From Nanohaloarchaea archaeon B1-Br10_U2g1 (GTDB taxonomy: Archaea; Nanohalarchaeota; Nanosalinia; Nanosalinales; Nanosalinaceae): a stretch of DNA of 39,550 nt. Within the stretch, counting starts at the first letter, position 1; every line of letters starts with the position of its first letter. The DNA is taken from the NCBI GenBank assembly GCA_001563875.1, contig LKMN01000004.1:1-39550 (forward strand), written 5' to 3'. Under the pieces are notes generated by a model, which did no database searches, was not told where the DNA came from, and worked only from the letters and a program-made list of their open reading frames with translations. Positions 1 to 8,579 of this stretch are shown here, in pieces. Made by a program: the position numbers and the translations under genes.

Positions 1-188
1 AAGAGTATGATGGCGGCCATTTCTCGGTCGAAAATGTGATGGTCAGATACCCTAATACGGAGGAAGACGGGTTAGAACGTCTTAGAAAAATAACGGATAT
101 CTTGGAGGACGAAGGCTTCAACGTTGAGATGAAAGGCTGTAATGGTGTTGAAGGAGACCCTGAAGACTGGGAAGAAGATCTATTCTAG
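1..188 (+). CDS. 3' end of an acidic hypothetical protein, truncated by the window edge
   Basis: Frame from position 3 is open: EYDGGHFSVENVMVRYPNTEEDGLERLRKITDILEDEGFNVEMKGCNGVEGDPEDWEEDLF, then TAG at 186-188. Composition is acidic like the rest of the proteome. Confidence 0.7.
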   Translation, partial: EYDGGHFSVENVMVRYPNTEEDGLERLRKITDILEDEGFNVEMKGCNGVEGDPEDWEEDLF

Positions 189-351
189 CAAGTCTAATTC
201 GCTCTATTCTCACATGACATGTCCTTAGTGTAAGAATATATGAAACCAAATTCGAATCGTAGGAGTCATTAGATGTAATGATCTTATTTCGGTCTAGTTT
301 TCTTATGTTTGTCTAGCTTTCTCCTAATTAAATATGTGGTTGAAGTCTAAA

Positions 352-531
352 TCAATTCTCTTTTGACTCTAGCAAGATATATATTGAAGGTAATAAGATT
401 ATAAAGACTGCAAAGCTAACTATTCCTTTAAAAAGGCTGAAAAAGTATGCTATTGTTGAAGCTAACGTCAAAGACACAGCGTTAACGGTTACAATAGCTC
501 TTACCAGTTTTTTTTCAGGATTTTCTACCAT
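352..531 (-). CDS. small two-TM membrane protein (59 aa), not in the ORF track
   Basis: Manual translation: MVENPEKKLVRAIVTVNAVSLTLASTIAYFFSLFKGIVSFAVFIILLPSIYILLESKEN*. ATG at 531, TGA at 352-354, two hydrophobic segments. Confidence 0.6.
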   Translation of the reverse strand: MVENPEKKLVRAIVTVNAVSLTLASTIAYFFSLFKGIVSFAVFIILLPSIYILLESKEN

Positions 532-632
532 AGAAAACTACTTAACAAGCTATCTTTTTCTAGATACGGTTCTCGGTATACTCGATAACTCCGTCCTATT
601 CTTTTTATGAGTTGTAATAGAAACTAGTTTAT

Positions 633-800
633 ATGTCAACACTATACTTTTTGACAGGTTTTCTAAGCGGTATATTCTTAGGTGTAGGACTTTCTATCTT
701 CTATCTTAGATGGAAGGTTAAAACACAGTTAACGGGTATGCAGGATCAGATGGAAGAGATGATGGATATAACAGAGGATTTGAACCGAGAAGAAGAGTAA
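633..800 (+). CDS. small single-pass membrane protein (55 aa), not in the ORF track
   Basis: Manual translation: MSTLYFLTGFLSGIFLGVGLSIFYLRWKVKTQLTGMQDQMEEMMDITEDLNREEE*. TM segment, then basic residues, then an acidic tail. TTTTTAT lies about 25 nt upstream. Confidence 0.75.
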   Translation: MSTLYFLTGFLSGIFLGVGLSIFYLRWKVKTQLTGMQDQMEEMMDITEDLNREEE

Positions 801-810
801 GAAGAAAAGG

Positions 811-1044
811 TTATTGTCGGGCATAAAGCTCGTAACCAAAGTAGACCTGGTAAAGACCTGCAAGACCTACAAGAAGGTATAGAGCTGCTTCAGCTTCAGG
901 GACTCCTAAGGCCTGATCGAACAGTAGGTTGAAAAGATTCAAGTTTTCTCCTGTGAAATGGCCTAGTCCTTCAAGACCCCAGTTAATCGCACCTGCTATA
1001 ATAATCACAAGTGAAGCCCAGTCTAGATAGTTAACTTCGCTCAT
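811..1044 (-). CDS. DUF378 family small membrane protein
   Basis: LVIIIAGAINWGLEGL...NL and YLLVGLAGLY match the DUF378 pattern (LxIIGAxNWGLxG...YxLVGLxGLY). Confidence 0.85.
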   Translation of the reverse strand: MSEVNYLDWASLVIIIAGAINWGLEGLGHFTGENLNLFNLLFDQALGVPEAEAALYLLVGLAGLYQVYFGYELYARQ

Positions 1045-1100
1045 TAATTCGTATCCCTGTGTTCAGATTTGTCGTGTCTCCTATTTAAAAACAGGCTTAG

Positions 1101-1463
1101 TTACTTTTGCTGCTCCAGTCTTTCCGCTGTCTTCTCCATCTCATCGGAGATACTTCGAAGCTGATCTATGAATGCCTCTGTACGTGCGTTGTACTCTTCC
1201 TCAACCTCTATATCTCTTAGTGCTACTCTCACATGTGATTCTTTAACCTTTGCTAGCATCTCGGCTTGATCCATCGTCTCATCGATAATCTCGTCAAGCA
1301 GTGTTGAAAGAACAGTGTTAACTACGTGAGGAACATCTCCGTCAAGAGTCTGATCTTCATCCATGTTCTCTCTGAAAAGTCTTGCTATACGTCCTTCAGA
1401 AAGAGCGAGGTCGGAGTTTTCGAGCTGTCCATAATCCTTTGGTATAAGTTTCTCCAAGTTCAT
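1101..1463 (-). CDS. histone-fold protein with C-terminal coiled-coil extension
   Basis: LSEGRIARLFRE (alpha1), DGDVPHVVNTVLSTLLDEIIDETMDQA (alpha2), KVKESHVRVAL (L2/alpha3), then a ~35-aa heptad-like helix. Confidence 0.6.
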   Translation of the reverse strand: MNLEKLIPKDYGQLENSDLALSEGRIARLFRENMDEDQTLDGDVPHVVNTVLSTLLDEIIDETMDQAEMLAKVKESHVRVALRDIEVEEEYNARTEAFIDQLRSISDEMEKTAERLEQQK

Positions 1464-1553
1464 TAAGGGTGTTTTAGAACTAAAAATTCAAAAATCAAAC
1501 CAAGACTAATCTGTGATAGAAACGTTTCTGCAAGTTAAAAATTAAAGAAGGAG

Positions 1554-2459
1554 CTATCTGACCGGTTTCTCGTGTAGTATATCTGCGACCTTCTGACTTG
1601 GCAGATCAAATCTTGAAACTATATGCTTGGCTTGTTCTAGATCTCTGTCTTCAATCCTTCTCTCGAACTCCTGAAGCCCGTCCTCGATATAGGCGTCTTT
1701 TTTACGAGGCATAAAACCTTTTTCAGGGTATGTCTCCGCTACCGTGTCCTTACTAAACGAGTTTTTAGGTCTTTCCTTCCGTGGAGCAATATACATCTGG
1801 AAGAAAGCTTTAGATGAGCCATCAAGATCTGAAAGTATATCCGTCGCAATCTGATCTATAACTAGATCCGGTCCGTTCTCATCGAGGTAATCTGTTCTGT
1901 AGAGCTGGTGAAACTCGTCTACAGTTCTTCCATAGTTGAACGAGTCTAGCATGGTGAAGGCTTCCTTGAGATCTTCCTCATCCCTATCCTCTGACTCTAA
2001 AAGGTTGTAAAGTTTCTCATCTACTTTTTGATCAACGTTGAGATCTGCCTTATCGGCATACAAGCTAGCTACCTGGTAGATCCCTCTGTCAAAGAATCTG
2101 TCGAAGAACCATTCTCTCTTCTTTGGACGAGGTTTAACGCCTCTCCGACCTTTCAGCATCAGACTGGCTCTGTCCAAGAATCCTTCATCTAGGGTAGAGT
2201 ACGCTTTCTCAGGTCTCTCGCTCCACCATTTGTAGTCTGTTAGGATATTACCAATCAGTTTCTCAGCAGCCTTGTCTTCTCTTTCCTCTTTCTCCTCTAA
2301 CTTGGAGTCGAACATGTAAAGTCTTGCTGTTTTTTCGGGTTGTTCGCGCCAGTCTTCATAGTCTCTATAGTGATGGGGGAAGTAAGCCATTTCTGTTAAA
2401 CCACCTATACTCTCAACCTGTGTCTCAGATATTAAACCTCTAGATGTATTCGAGAACAC
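1554..2459 (-). CDS. hypothetical protein (301 aa; GTG start uncertain)
   Basis: Long, charged, helical-looking ORF with no recognisable motif. Confidence 0.65.
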   Translation of the reverse strand: MFSNTSRGLISETQVESIGGLTEMAYFPHHYRDYEDWREQPEKTARLYMFDSKLEEKEEREDKAAEKLIGNILTDYKWWSERPEKAYSTLDEGFLDRASLMLKGRRGVKPRPKKREWFFDRFFDRGIYQVASLYADKADLNVDQKVDEKLYNLLESEDRDEEDLKEAFTMLDSFNYGRTVDEFHQLYRTDYLDENGPDLVIDQIATDILSDLDGSSKAFFQMYIAPRKERPKNSFSKDTVAETYPEKGFMPRKKDAYIEDGLQEFERRIEDRDLEQAKHIVSRFDLPSQKVADILHEKPVR

Positions 2460-2505
2460 TGTTTCAAGACCTATCTTTTAATGTTTCTTTAGGTATAACG
2501 GAAAT

Positions 2506-2847
2506 GTGAAAGGAGTATATGCAGTCCTCTTCAGGCTTAAGGAGAGCAAAAGTATAAAGATCGGAGCGCTTGGAGAGATAACTTTTGATCGAGGACTATA
2601 TCTATATACAGGTTCAGGAAGATCTAATGTCGTTAAAAGAATAGAAAGACATTTCAGTGAATCAAAAAATAATCACTGGCATATAGACTACTTCTCACAG
2701 CATGCTGACCCTGAAGACTACTTTATTCTTCCTGAAAAGTCTAGTTTTGAGTGTGTGCTAGCAGATATAACTGGAGCTATCGGTGAACCTGTTAAAGACT
2801 TCGGTGCCAGTGACTGCGGCTGCGAATCTCACTTTTTCAAACTCTAG
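2506..2847 (+). CDS. DUF123 / GIY-YIG (Uri) superfamily endonuclease-like protein
   Basis: KGVY...YLYTGS...RIERH...HWHIDY...FGASDCGCESH, typical of archaeal DUF123. Confidence 0.85.
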   Translation: MKGVYAVLFRLKESKSIKIGALGEITFDRGLYLYTGSGRSNVVKRIERHFSESKNNHWHIDYFSQHADPEDYFILPEKSSFECVLADITGAIGEPVKDFGASDCGCESHFFKL

Positions 2848-3125
2848 ATGCTTGGTCTAGGCTCAAGCTCGTCCATAAGCTCTGTAAAGATCTCAGCCAA
2901 CCTTGCACCTCTATCTGTTAGAGTAACAATCTTTTTCCTACCTCTTTCTTCAAACTCCACAAGGTCGTGTTCAGCCAGCCTTTGAAGTATCTTAACTGTA
3001 TGACTGTATGTTGCGTCAATCTCGGTGGATAACGCTGAGGCATAGTACTCCTTAGGGCTTTGAAGTTTTACAAGGATTTTTACCGGTTTCTCGTGTATGA
3101 ACATGTATTTGAGTTCTTCTTCCAT
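2844..3125 (-). CDS. winged helix-turn-helix transcriptional regulator (MarR-like)
   Basis: YASALSTEIDATYSHTVKILQRL...EERGRKKIVTLTDRG helix and wing motif. Confidence 0.85.
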   Translation of the reverse strand: MEEELKYMFIHEKPVKILVKLQSPKEYYASALSTEIDATYSHTVKILQRLAEHDLVEFEERGRKKIVTLTDRGARLAEIFTELMDELEPRPSI

Positions 3126-3381
3126 ACATATTACCTATCAGTTTTTTTCGACCTCCTAATTAACTAAAACTGTTACACTCGAACACAGTAGACATTGTTT
3201 GGGGTATAGGAACTAAAGAGTAGTTTTACAGGTTTCAAAAAACATCTTATATTGTCTTAGACTGCAAGGGTTGTTTTAATTCTATCTAGCATTAATCAGA
3301 GTTTTCTAAGATACTTTGGCTCTGTGAATCTGTTAGTTACTAAGCAAAAACAGAAGGTCAATAGAAAACTCTGTGATTCAA

Positions 3382-4212
3382 TTAATCCTCTAAATACCTG
3401 TCAATCTTATTCATAACATCCTCTAGCTCCCTAGCTATAGTCTGTTCCTCCTTTGAAAACTCTGAAGGACTGATACGTCCATTTTCTCCGTTAATTCGGT
3501 AGCCAAAAACAGGTTCATCCGTATAACGTTCTCCCAAATAACCTAGGGCCACAGGATAATCAAGACCAACATCTATATGTGCGGCAACCTCAATATCTGT
3601 CGTTGACATATCTTCCCAGCTCTTGTAAGGTGATGTATGGGCACGTGTCTCTGCGAAATGTGAACACCCCATATATCTTGATTTGTTGCTCTCTAGGAGG
3701 TCATTGTCAAGAATTTCATTATCGTCCGCCAAGTCTTCTACATAGCTTATTCGTTGCAAACATTCTTCTTTGTTCTGTATCTCGGTTCTCACGGGCTCCC
3801 CCTTCGTCTTAGAACCGTCTTCAGGGTTCTGGCCTCTAACCTCGAACAGAAGCGATCCTTTCTCTATCTCGTTTATGGCTGCTGAAACATCTTTAGCGAG
3901 ATAGTTGGTTGATTCAGCGCCATTCCGCCTTAAGAGGTTTTTAATCTTCTCTAACTGGCCTTTACTTCGTTCCTTTTCAGAGACTTGGAACGGCGTGCCG
4001 TTATGTTCGTACGTGTTCAGCGACTTCGGAGGCCCTCCGTTGATCTGGAGTGCAAACCTTTGTCCCTGATGATCGTACTCTGTTAGATCCAGAGGTATCT
4101 CGGTCGGTGCACGGGGATATCCGTCAAGATCCAAGTTTACGGAGTGTTTTACCGCCTCTCTTAGAAGTCCTTCTTCTGTTCCGTATAGATCGATTCTAAC
4201 TGGCTCAACCAT
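3382..4212 (-). CDS. hypothetical protein (276 aa)
   Basis: Long acidic ORF with ATG start and no recognisable motif. Confidence 0.7.
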   Translation of the reverse strand: MVEPVRIDLYGTEEGLLREAVKHSVNLDLDGYPRAPTEIPLDLTEYDHQGQRFALQINGGPPKSLNTYEHNGTPFQVSEKERSKGQLEKIKNLLRRNGAESTNYLAKDVSAAINEIEKGSLLFEVRGQNPEDGSKTKGEPVRTEIQNKEECLQRISYVEDLADDNEILDNDLLESNKSRYMGCSHFAETRAHTSPYKSWEDMSTTDIEVAAHIDVGLDYPVALGYLGERYTDEPVFGYRINGENGRISPSEFSKEEQTIARELEDVMNKIDRYLED

Positions 4213-4339
4213 GTCTTAACTATCACTATAAAATGAAATCAGATCGGTAGCTTTTAACTAAAATTATAGTAAATATCTGTATATATCCTATAAGGGTTTA
4301 GTACCTTAACAGGGAATTTATGCTATCTTAGAATAACTG

Positions 4340-4615
4340 TTAAACTATATTTAACTGTTCTTCAATCTGGTATACAGTTTTTCTTGCATGTTCCTTAACC
4401 GCATTCTCCTGTCGTAGCACACGTGTAAAACCGGACTTCCTGTCATGTGTCTTTCCATATGTGCTGCGGCTGACCGTTAGAAACGGCTCCTCATCTTTGT
4501 AAAATCTGTAGACTAGTTCGTAGTAGAACAGTTCTGTGACCGCAGTCACTATGTAACGTGAACCGTACTCTAAAGGTCTCTGTTTGCAAATACTTATTTC
4601 AACTATCTCTGTCAT
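4340..4615 (-). CDS. hypothetical protein (91 aa)
   Basis: ATG start with AAGG upstream. Fills the gap divergent from tfb. Confidence 0.5.
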   Translation of the reverse strand: MTEIVEISICKQRPLEYGSRYIVTAVTELFYYELVYRFYKDEEPFLTVSRSTYGKTHDRKSGFTRVLRQENAVKEHARKTVYQIEEQLNIV

Positions 4616-4788
4616 GGTGGTAGTACCTTTATTCAGATTAAACTAGAATTATGTTGATTTATAATATTTAATTGAGAACAATATACTCGAAAAAGTGTCT
4701 TCAACCGATTAATAAGACTCGAGATGGGTTTTTAGATCTCATTATCGCAGCATTTAGTATTTAAGATTTTCTATCCCATGAAAAGGGT

Positions 4789-5766
4789 ATGTCCGAGGTA
4801 GAGAATGGAACTGTAATAGGCGAGGAAACAATACCGGTTAAACGCAACTATACCTCGGGAGAAAACGAGAGAAAATGTCCAAGCTGCGGTTCAGAAGACA
4901 TTGGACATGACAGTGCAAAAGGAGAACTTTTCTGCAGAAAATGCGGGACAGTTATAGATGAAGAACGAATAGATACGTCTCGGGAATGGAGAGCATTCAG
5001 CTCTGAAGAGAAAAGCACGAAATCTCGTGCAGGGAGTCCAATAACATTCACAAAAGCAGACAAAGGGATGAGCACGCAGATAGGTTACAGCGGTGAACTA
5101 AGCAAGGTTTCAGGGCCGCGTAGAGGAAAATATTTCCGTATGAGAAAGTGGGATAGAAGAGCTGCAAGCTCTCAGAGCAGAGGCCTACAAAACGCTTTAT
5201 CCGAACTTGAAAGAATCATATCCGATCTAAAACTCCCTAAATCCGTATACGAGGAGGCAGCAAGATTGACGGAAAAAGCACGGGAAAAGGGCATAATTAA
5301 AGGAAGAGGTATAGAGCCTACAGTAGCTTCACTAGCATATCTTGTAGCACGCAAACAAGGTATACCAAGAACATTGGAAGAGGTCTCAGATGCTGCTTCG
5401 GTATCAGAAAGAAAATTAGGTAAAACGTACCGGTATACGGCCAGGGAACTAGATATGGATATCAAGCCGGCAAGACCGGAAGACTTCATACCAAGGTATG
5501 CCGGAGAACTAAACCTTTCAGGATCTGCTCAGGCTAAAGCTAAAAAGTATATCAAAGAGGCTCGTAAAAGAAAAGTACTTGCCGGTAGAAGTCCAAAAGC
5601 TATTGTAGCCGCAGTACTTTACTTGGCAGCAATAGTTGAAGGAGAGCAGCTTACGCAGAAAAGAGTAGCTGACACAGTAGGGGTTACTTCTGTCACTATT
5701 AGAAAGAACTACCGTGAGATAGCGGAAGCCTTAGAGATCTACGAGGAGGTAGAAAAGTCCCGTTAA
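4789..5766 (+). CDS. tfb: transcription initiation factor IIB (TFB)
   Basis: Zn ribbon CPSC...CRKC, EWRAF B-reader, two cyclin repeats (IKGRGIE..., LAGRSPKAI..., TQKRVADTVGVTSVTIRKNYRE). Confidence 0.97.
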   Translation: MSEVENGTVIGEETIPVKRNYTSGENERKCPSCGSEDIGHDSAKGELFCRKCGTVIDEERIDTSREWRAFSSEEKSTKSRAGSPITFTKADKGMSTQIGYSGELSKVSGPRRGKYFRMRKWDRRAASSQSRGLQNALSELERIISDLKLPKSVYEEAARLTEKAREKGIIKGRGIEPTVASLAYLVARKQGIPRTLEEVSDAASVSERKLGKTYRYTARELDMDIKPARPEDFIPRYAGELNLSGSAQAKAKKYIKEARKRKVLAGRSPKAIVAAVLYLAAIVEGEQLTQKRVADTVGVTSVTIRKNYREIAEALEIYEEVEKSR

Positions 5767-5770
5767 GTTG

Positions 5771-5809
5771 GTTCGATATCTCTCGAACATATACATCCGT
5801 CTATAAAAA
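5771..5809 (+). promoter_or_regulatory. palindromic operator GTTCGA-N6-TCGAAC plus TATA box for the 5832 gene
   Basis: GTTCGA tatctc TCGAAC at 5771-5788, 13-nt gap, TATAAAAA at 5802-5809, ATG at 5832. Confidence 0.7.
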
Positions 5810-5831
5810 CTATGAGATGTGTCATCTTTGT

Positions 5832-6371
5832 ATGAGAAAAGTAACTATTTTAGCTTTAGTAGTGCTTCTCGCAGGTTTGACTCTTGCGGTAGTAGATCAG
5901 CCAGAGCCGGATGACGGAGAAGTAGCCATAACAGATATTGAACAGCAGTTCGACCACAGCTTTAATGTTACAGAAGACCAGTACAACGAGACAGAAACCG
6001 GTTTAATAAACTATGAGGTCCAGAACGGAACAGTAACCTTTGAAGGTGTTCTACAGACACCTACGCCTCCACCATGTAACACTCTACAGGAAGAAGTTAA
6101 TGAAACCGACGACAGCTACCGGTTTGAAATAGATGTACAGGCTTCCGATGATGAAGGACAGATCTGTCCGCAGGTAATCACATACCAAAAGTATAACGCA
6201 ACCTTTGATGCCGAAGAGCCATACAGTCTTGAAATAGTTCATGAAGATGAGGTTGTTGAATCAATAGAGGTTGGAGAGACAGGAGAAGACCTAGATGAAA
6301 CAGAAGATGATAGAAACAGTAACAGAACTGTCTTTGACTCCATAAGAGAGTGGTTTTCTAACCTCTTCTAA
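5832..6371 (+). CDS. secreted/surface protein with signal peptide and probable beta-sandwich domain (179 aa)
   Basis: MRKVTILALVVLLAGLTLA signal peptide, two Cys (TPPPCN; ICPQVI), C-terminal amphipathic VFDSIREWFSNLF. Start moved to ATG 5832, 22 nt after the TATA box. Confidence 0.75.
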   Translation: MRKVTILALVVLLAGLTLAVVDQPEPDDGEVAITDIEQQFDHSFNVTEDQYNETETGLINYEVQNGTVTFEGVLQTPTPPPCNTLQEEVNETDDSYRFEIDVQASDDEGQICPQVITYQKYNATFDAEEPYSLEIVHEDEVVESIEVGETGEDLDETEDDRNSNRTVFDSIREWFSNLF

Positions 6372-6383
6372 AACTGTTCTTTT

Positions 6384-7580
6384 TTACTGGTTTGAAGAGA
6401 TTATCTCTATAACGTCTCGGTGCTCCAGTTCATGGTCTGAACCTATCTGTCTACTATTCCTACAGTCTATTGCGTGTAGGAAGCCTTCACCAATATCGGA
6501 GTGGATATGGTATGCAAACTCCTCTGCAGTAGTCTTTGGAGGCATGAGAAAACAGTCTGGTAGAATATTGCCGTGTTCATCTCCCAGACCATCTGCTCCT
6601 CCTGGAAAAATTGCTATAACACCTAGTTCATTAAAAAGCGCTGTTTCAAGTGCTTTTTGGACGCCTGTTCCTCCGTACTCGTTCATGAACTCTCTAATCT
6701 TTTCAAGTCCTTCCTTTTTCTCTTCAGGCAGATCTTTTTCTATATTAAAGTCGTCTTGACCAGGATAGTAGTCTAAAACTCCTTGTTCTGCCGCGTTTTT
6801 CAGTGCTTTCTCTGCATGGGCACTACAAGGAACAATTTCTAAATGGCTGTACTCCGGGTCTTTGGTGATCTCCTCAAAGTTTTTACGTGCCGCCTCATCG
6901 TCCATCTTGTTTGCGGCGATAACCATAGGTTTAGTATCTTTTCTTATAGCTCGTGCCAGCTCTTTCTCATCTTCTTCGGTCCAGGACGCGGGATCAAGTT
7001 CAAGGTTCTGTGAAAGTATCAGCTGCTTGATCTGGTTTTTGTTTGTCTTAAATGCAGACATCTGTTCTGCTAGTTCTTCCTCTATCTTGACATCTTGTTG
7101 TCTTGTCTTTCCTTCAAAACGTTCTATTCCCTTTCTAAGAATATCTAGATACCACATATCTAGCTCTTTTTCTAGGAAATCAATGTCTTTCCGAGGGTTA
7201 TGTCCTTCAGTAGGTTCTCCTTCAATATCTGTTTTACCGGAAAAGTCTACTATGTGTATCAGGACATCTGCTTCGTTTAAATCTGTCAGGAACTGGTTTC
7301 CAAGTCCTTTACCTTCGTGAGCTCCTGGTATAAGTCCTGCTACGTCCACAAGTTTTACAGGAACATATCTTATTCCTTCTTCGACAAAACCTACTCGTGG
7401 ATCGCTGGTCTCGTCGAAGTCTGGTGCTGCATCCTCTACTCTAACATAGGCCTCTCCAACGCTAGGATCTATGGTTGTGAAAGGGTAATCTCCCTCGGCT
7501 ATATCGTTCATTGTTGCGGCGTTGAAAAAGGTTGATTTTCCGACCGATGGCTTCCCGACAAGCCCGATTTTGTATGGCAT
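6384..7580 (-). CDS. ychF: Obg-family redox-regulated ATPase YchF with C-terminal TGS domain
   Basis: GKPSVGKS, YPFTTIDP, DVAGL, GLGNQFL, ANKMD, and TGS (FAYHIHSDIGEGF...HRDVIEI). Confidence 0.93.
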   Translation of the reverse strand: MPYKIGLVGKPSVGKSTFFNAATMNDIAEGDYPFTTIDPSVGEAYVRVEDAAPDFDETSDPRVGFVEEGIRYVPVKLVDVAGLIPGAHEGKGLGNQFLTDLNEADVLIHIVDFSGKTDIEGEPTEGHNPRKDIDFLEKELDMWYLDILRKGIERFEGKTRQQDVKIEEELAEQMSAFKTNKNQIKQLILSQNLELDPASWTEEDEKELARAIRKDTKPMVIAANKMDDEAARKNFEEITKDPEYSHLEIVPCSAHAEKALKNAAEQGVLDYYPGQDDFNIEKDLPEEKKEGLEKIREFMNEYGGTGVQKALETALFNELGVIAIFPGGADGLGDEHGNILPDCFLMPPKTTAEEFAYHIHSDIGEGFLHAIDCRNSRQIGSDHELEHRDVIEIISSNQ

Positions 7581-7612
7581 AAATTTACTGGCCTCAGAAT
7601 TTTTTTATTAGG

Positions 7613-7852
7613 TTAGCTGTAGAAACTTTCCTCGTATCTGAACCCTGCTTCTAGATGCCTGGTTTTAGGGCATCCCTTCTCTGCTATAGCAAGATATTTC
7701 TTTTTTCCGGGTCTATAGCTGTCAACTTCTTTGGTATAGTAAACGTCTTTAAGCTTTTGCCGTAGTCCTTCTTCCTCACATAAATGGCAGTAGAACTTCT
7801 GTTCCATTAACTCTCTAATATCTACGTCGAAGATGTTGTCTCTTGACGCCAC
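7613..7852 (-). CDS. small hypothetical protein, possible Zn binder
   Basis: CHLC...CPKTRH; GTG start with a TATA-like element upstream. Confidence 0.5.
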   Translation of the reverse strand: MASRDNIFDVDIRELMEQKFYCHLCEEEGLRQKLKDVYYTKEVDSYRPGKKKYLAIAEKGCPKTRHLEAGFRYEESFYS

Positions 7853-7959
7853 AGGAGTTTCTTCTCTGTCAATTGTTAAACCTGTTTTCTCTCCGGATCT
7901 TAACTTATTTGAACTGTAGTGCAGATTTGTTTAAATTAGAGAAGTCATGGAGAGATAGT

Positions 7960-8163
7960 ATGGCAGCTAACAAAGAAACGTACGGAGCAGGGTTCAGTTT
8001 TTCAGCTTTAGGATTCGTGATAATGTCCGCACTTTACATACTACAAACACAGTTCAACCAGCAGTTTGTTACAGCGGCTGAGACAACGCTTCTGGTGGCG
8101 CTTGTAGCAGGTGTAGGAGCTATACTTTTCTACTATGGGGCTAAAGAGGACGAAAGAATATAG
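7960..8163 (+). CDS. small two-TM membrane protein (67 aa)
   Basis: Start re-called at ATG 7960 (GGAG and TTTAAAT upstream). MAANKETYGAGFSFSALGFVIMSALYIL...LLVALVAGVGAILFYYG. Confidence 0.7.
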   Translation: MAANKETYGAGFSFSALGFVIMSALYILQTQFNQQFVTAAETTLLVALVAGVGAILFYYGAKEDERI

Positions 8164-8198
8164 TTTATTGTTAAAACTTTCGACATCTAACCTTCTGT

Positions 8199-8579
8199 AT
8201 GAGAAAGTTAAAACTCCCGGGAAGAGATTCCACACGTCCAAGGCTGGATGAGAAGGATATCAATCTGGTGGAGGAACTTGGCTTGGCAAAGCTTAAGGAG
8301 CAATCTAATGATATTGTGGAGTCTAAGCTTAGAGAACAGCCAGAAAACGATGGAAACCAGACTCCTAGAGCAGGTAACCCTGTCTATAAAGCGATGCATG
8401 CCTGCAATGCAGAATCTCGTGTAAGTCTTTCCAAGGCTCACCGTATACCTGCAGGTAAGCCACTTACGGACTCTCAAGTCCGGTCTGTTGTCAACTTATT
8501 GGTAAGATGGATAGTAAGAGAACATAACTTCTTCCTACAGGAAAAGGAAAAAAGACAGAAAAACCTTTCTGAATATTAG
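8199..8579 (+). CDS. DUF4186 family protein (divergent)
   Basis: ENDGNQTPRAGNPVYKAMHA...HRIPAGKPLT...VVNLLVRWI resembles DUF4186 (NDGKQTP..GHPVF.AQHA...HGIP.G..L). Confidence 0.75.
   Translation: MRKLKLPGRDSTRPRLDEKDINLVEELGLAKLKEQSNDIVESKLREQPENDGNQTPRAGNPVYKAMHACNAESRVSLSKAHRIPAGKPLTDSQVRSVVNLLVRWIVREHNFFLQEKEKRQKNLSEY

Noticed and set aside
474-736. Repeated GTTAACGG (481, 728 and also near 24653)
   Set aside because: Two of the copies fall inside small ORFs, and there is no consistent promoter spacing.
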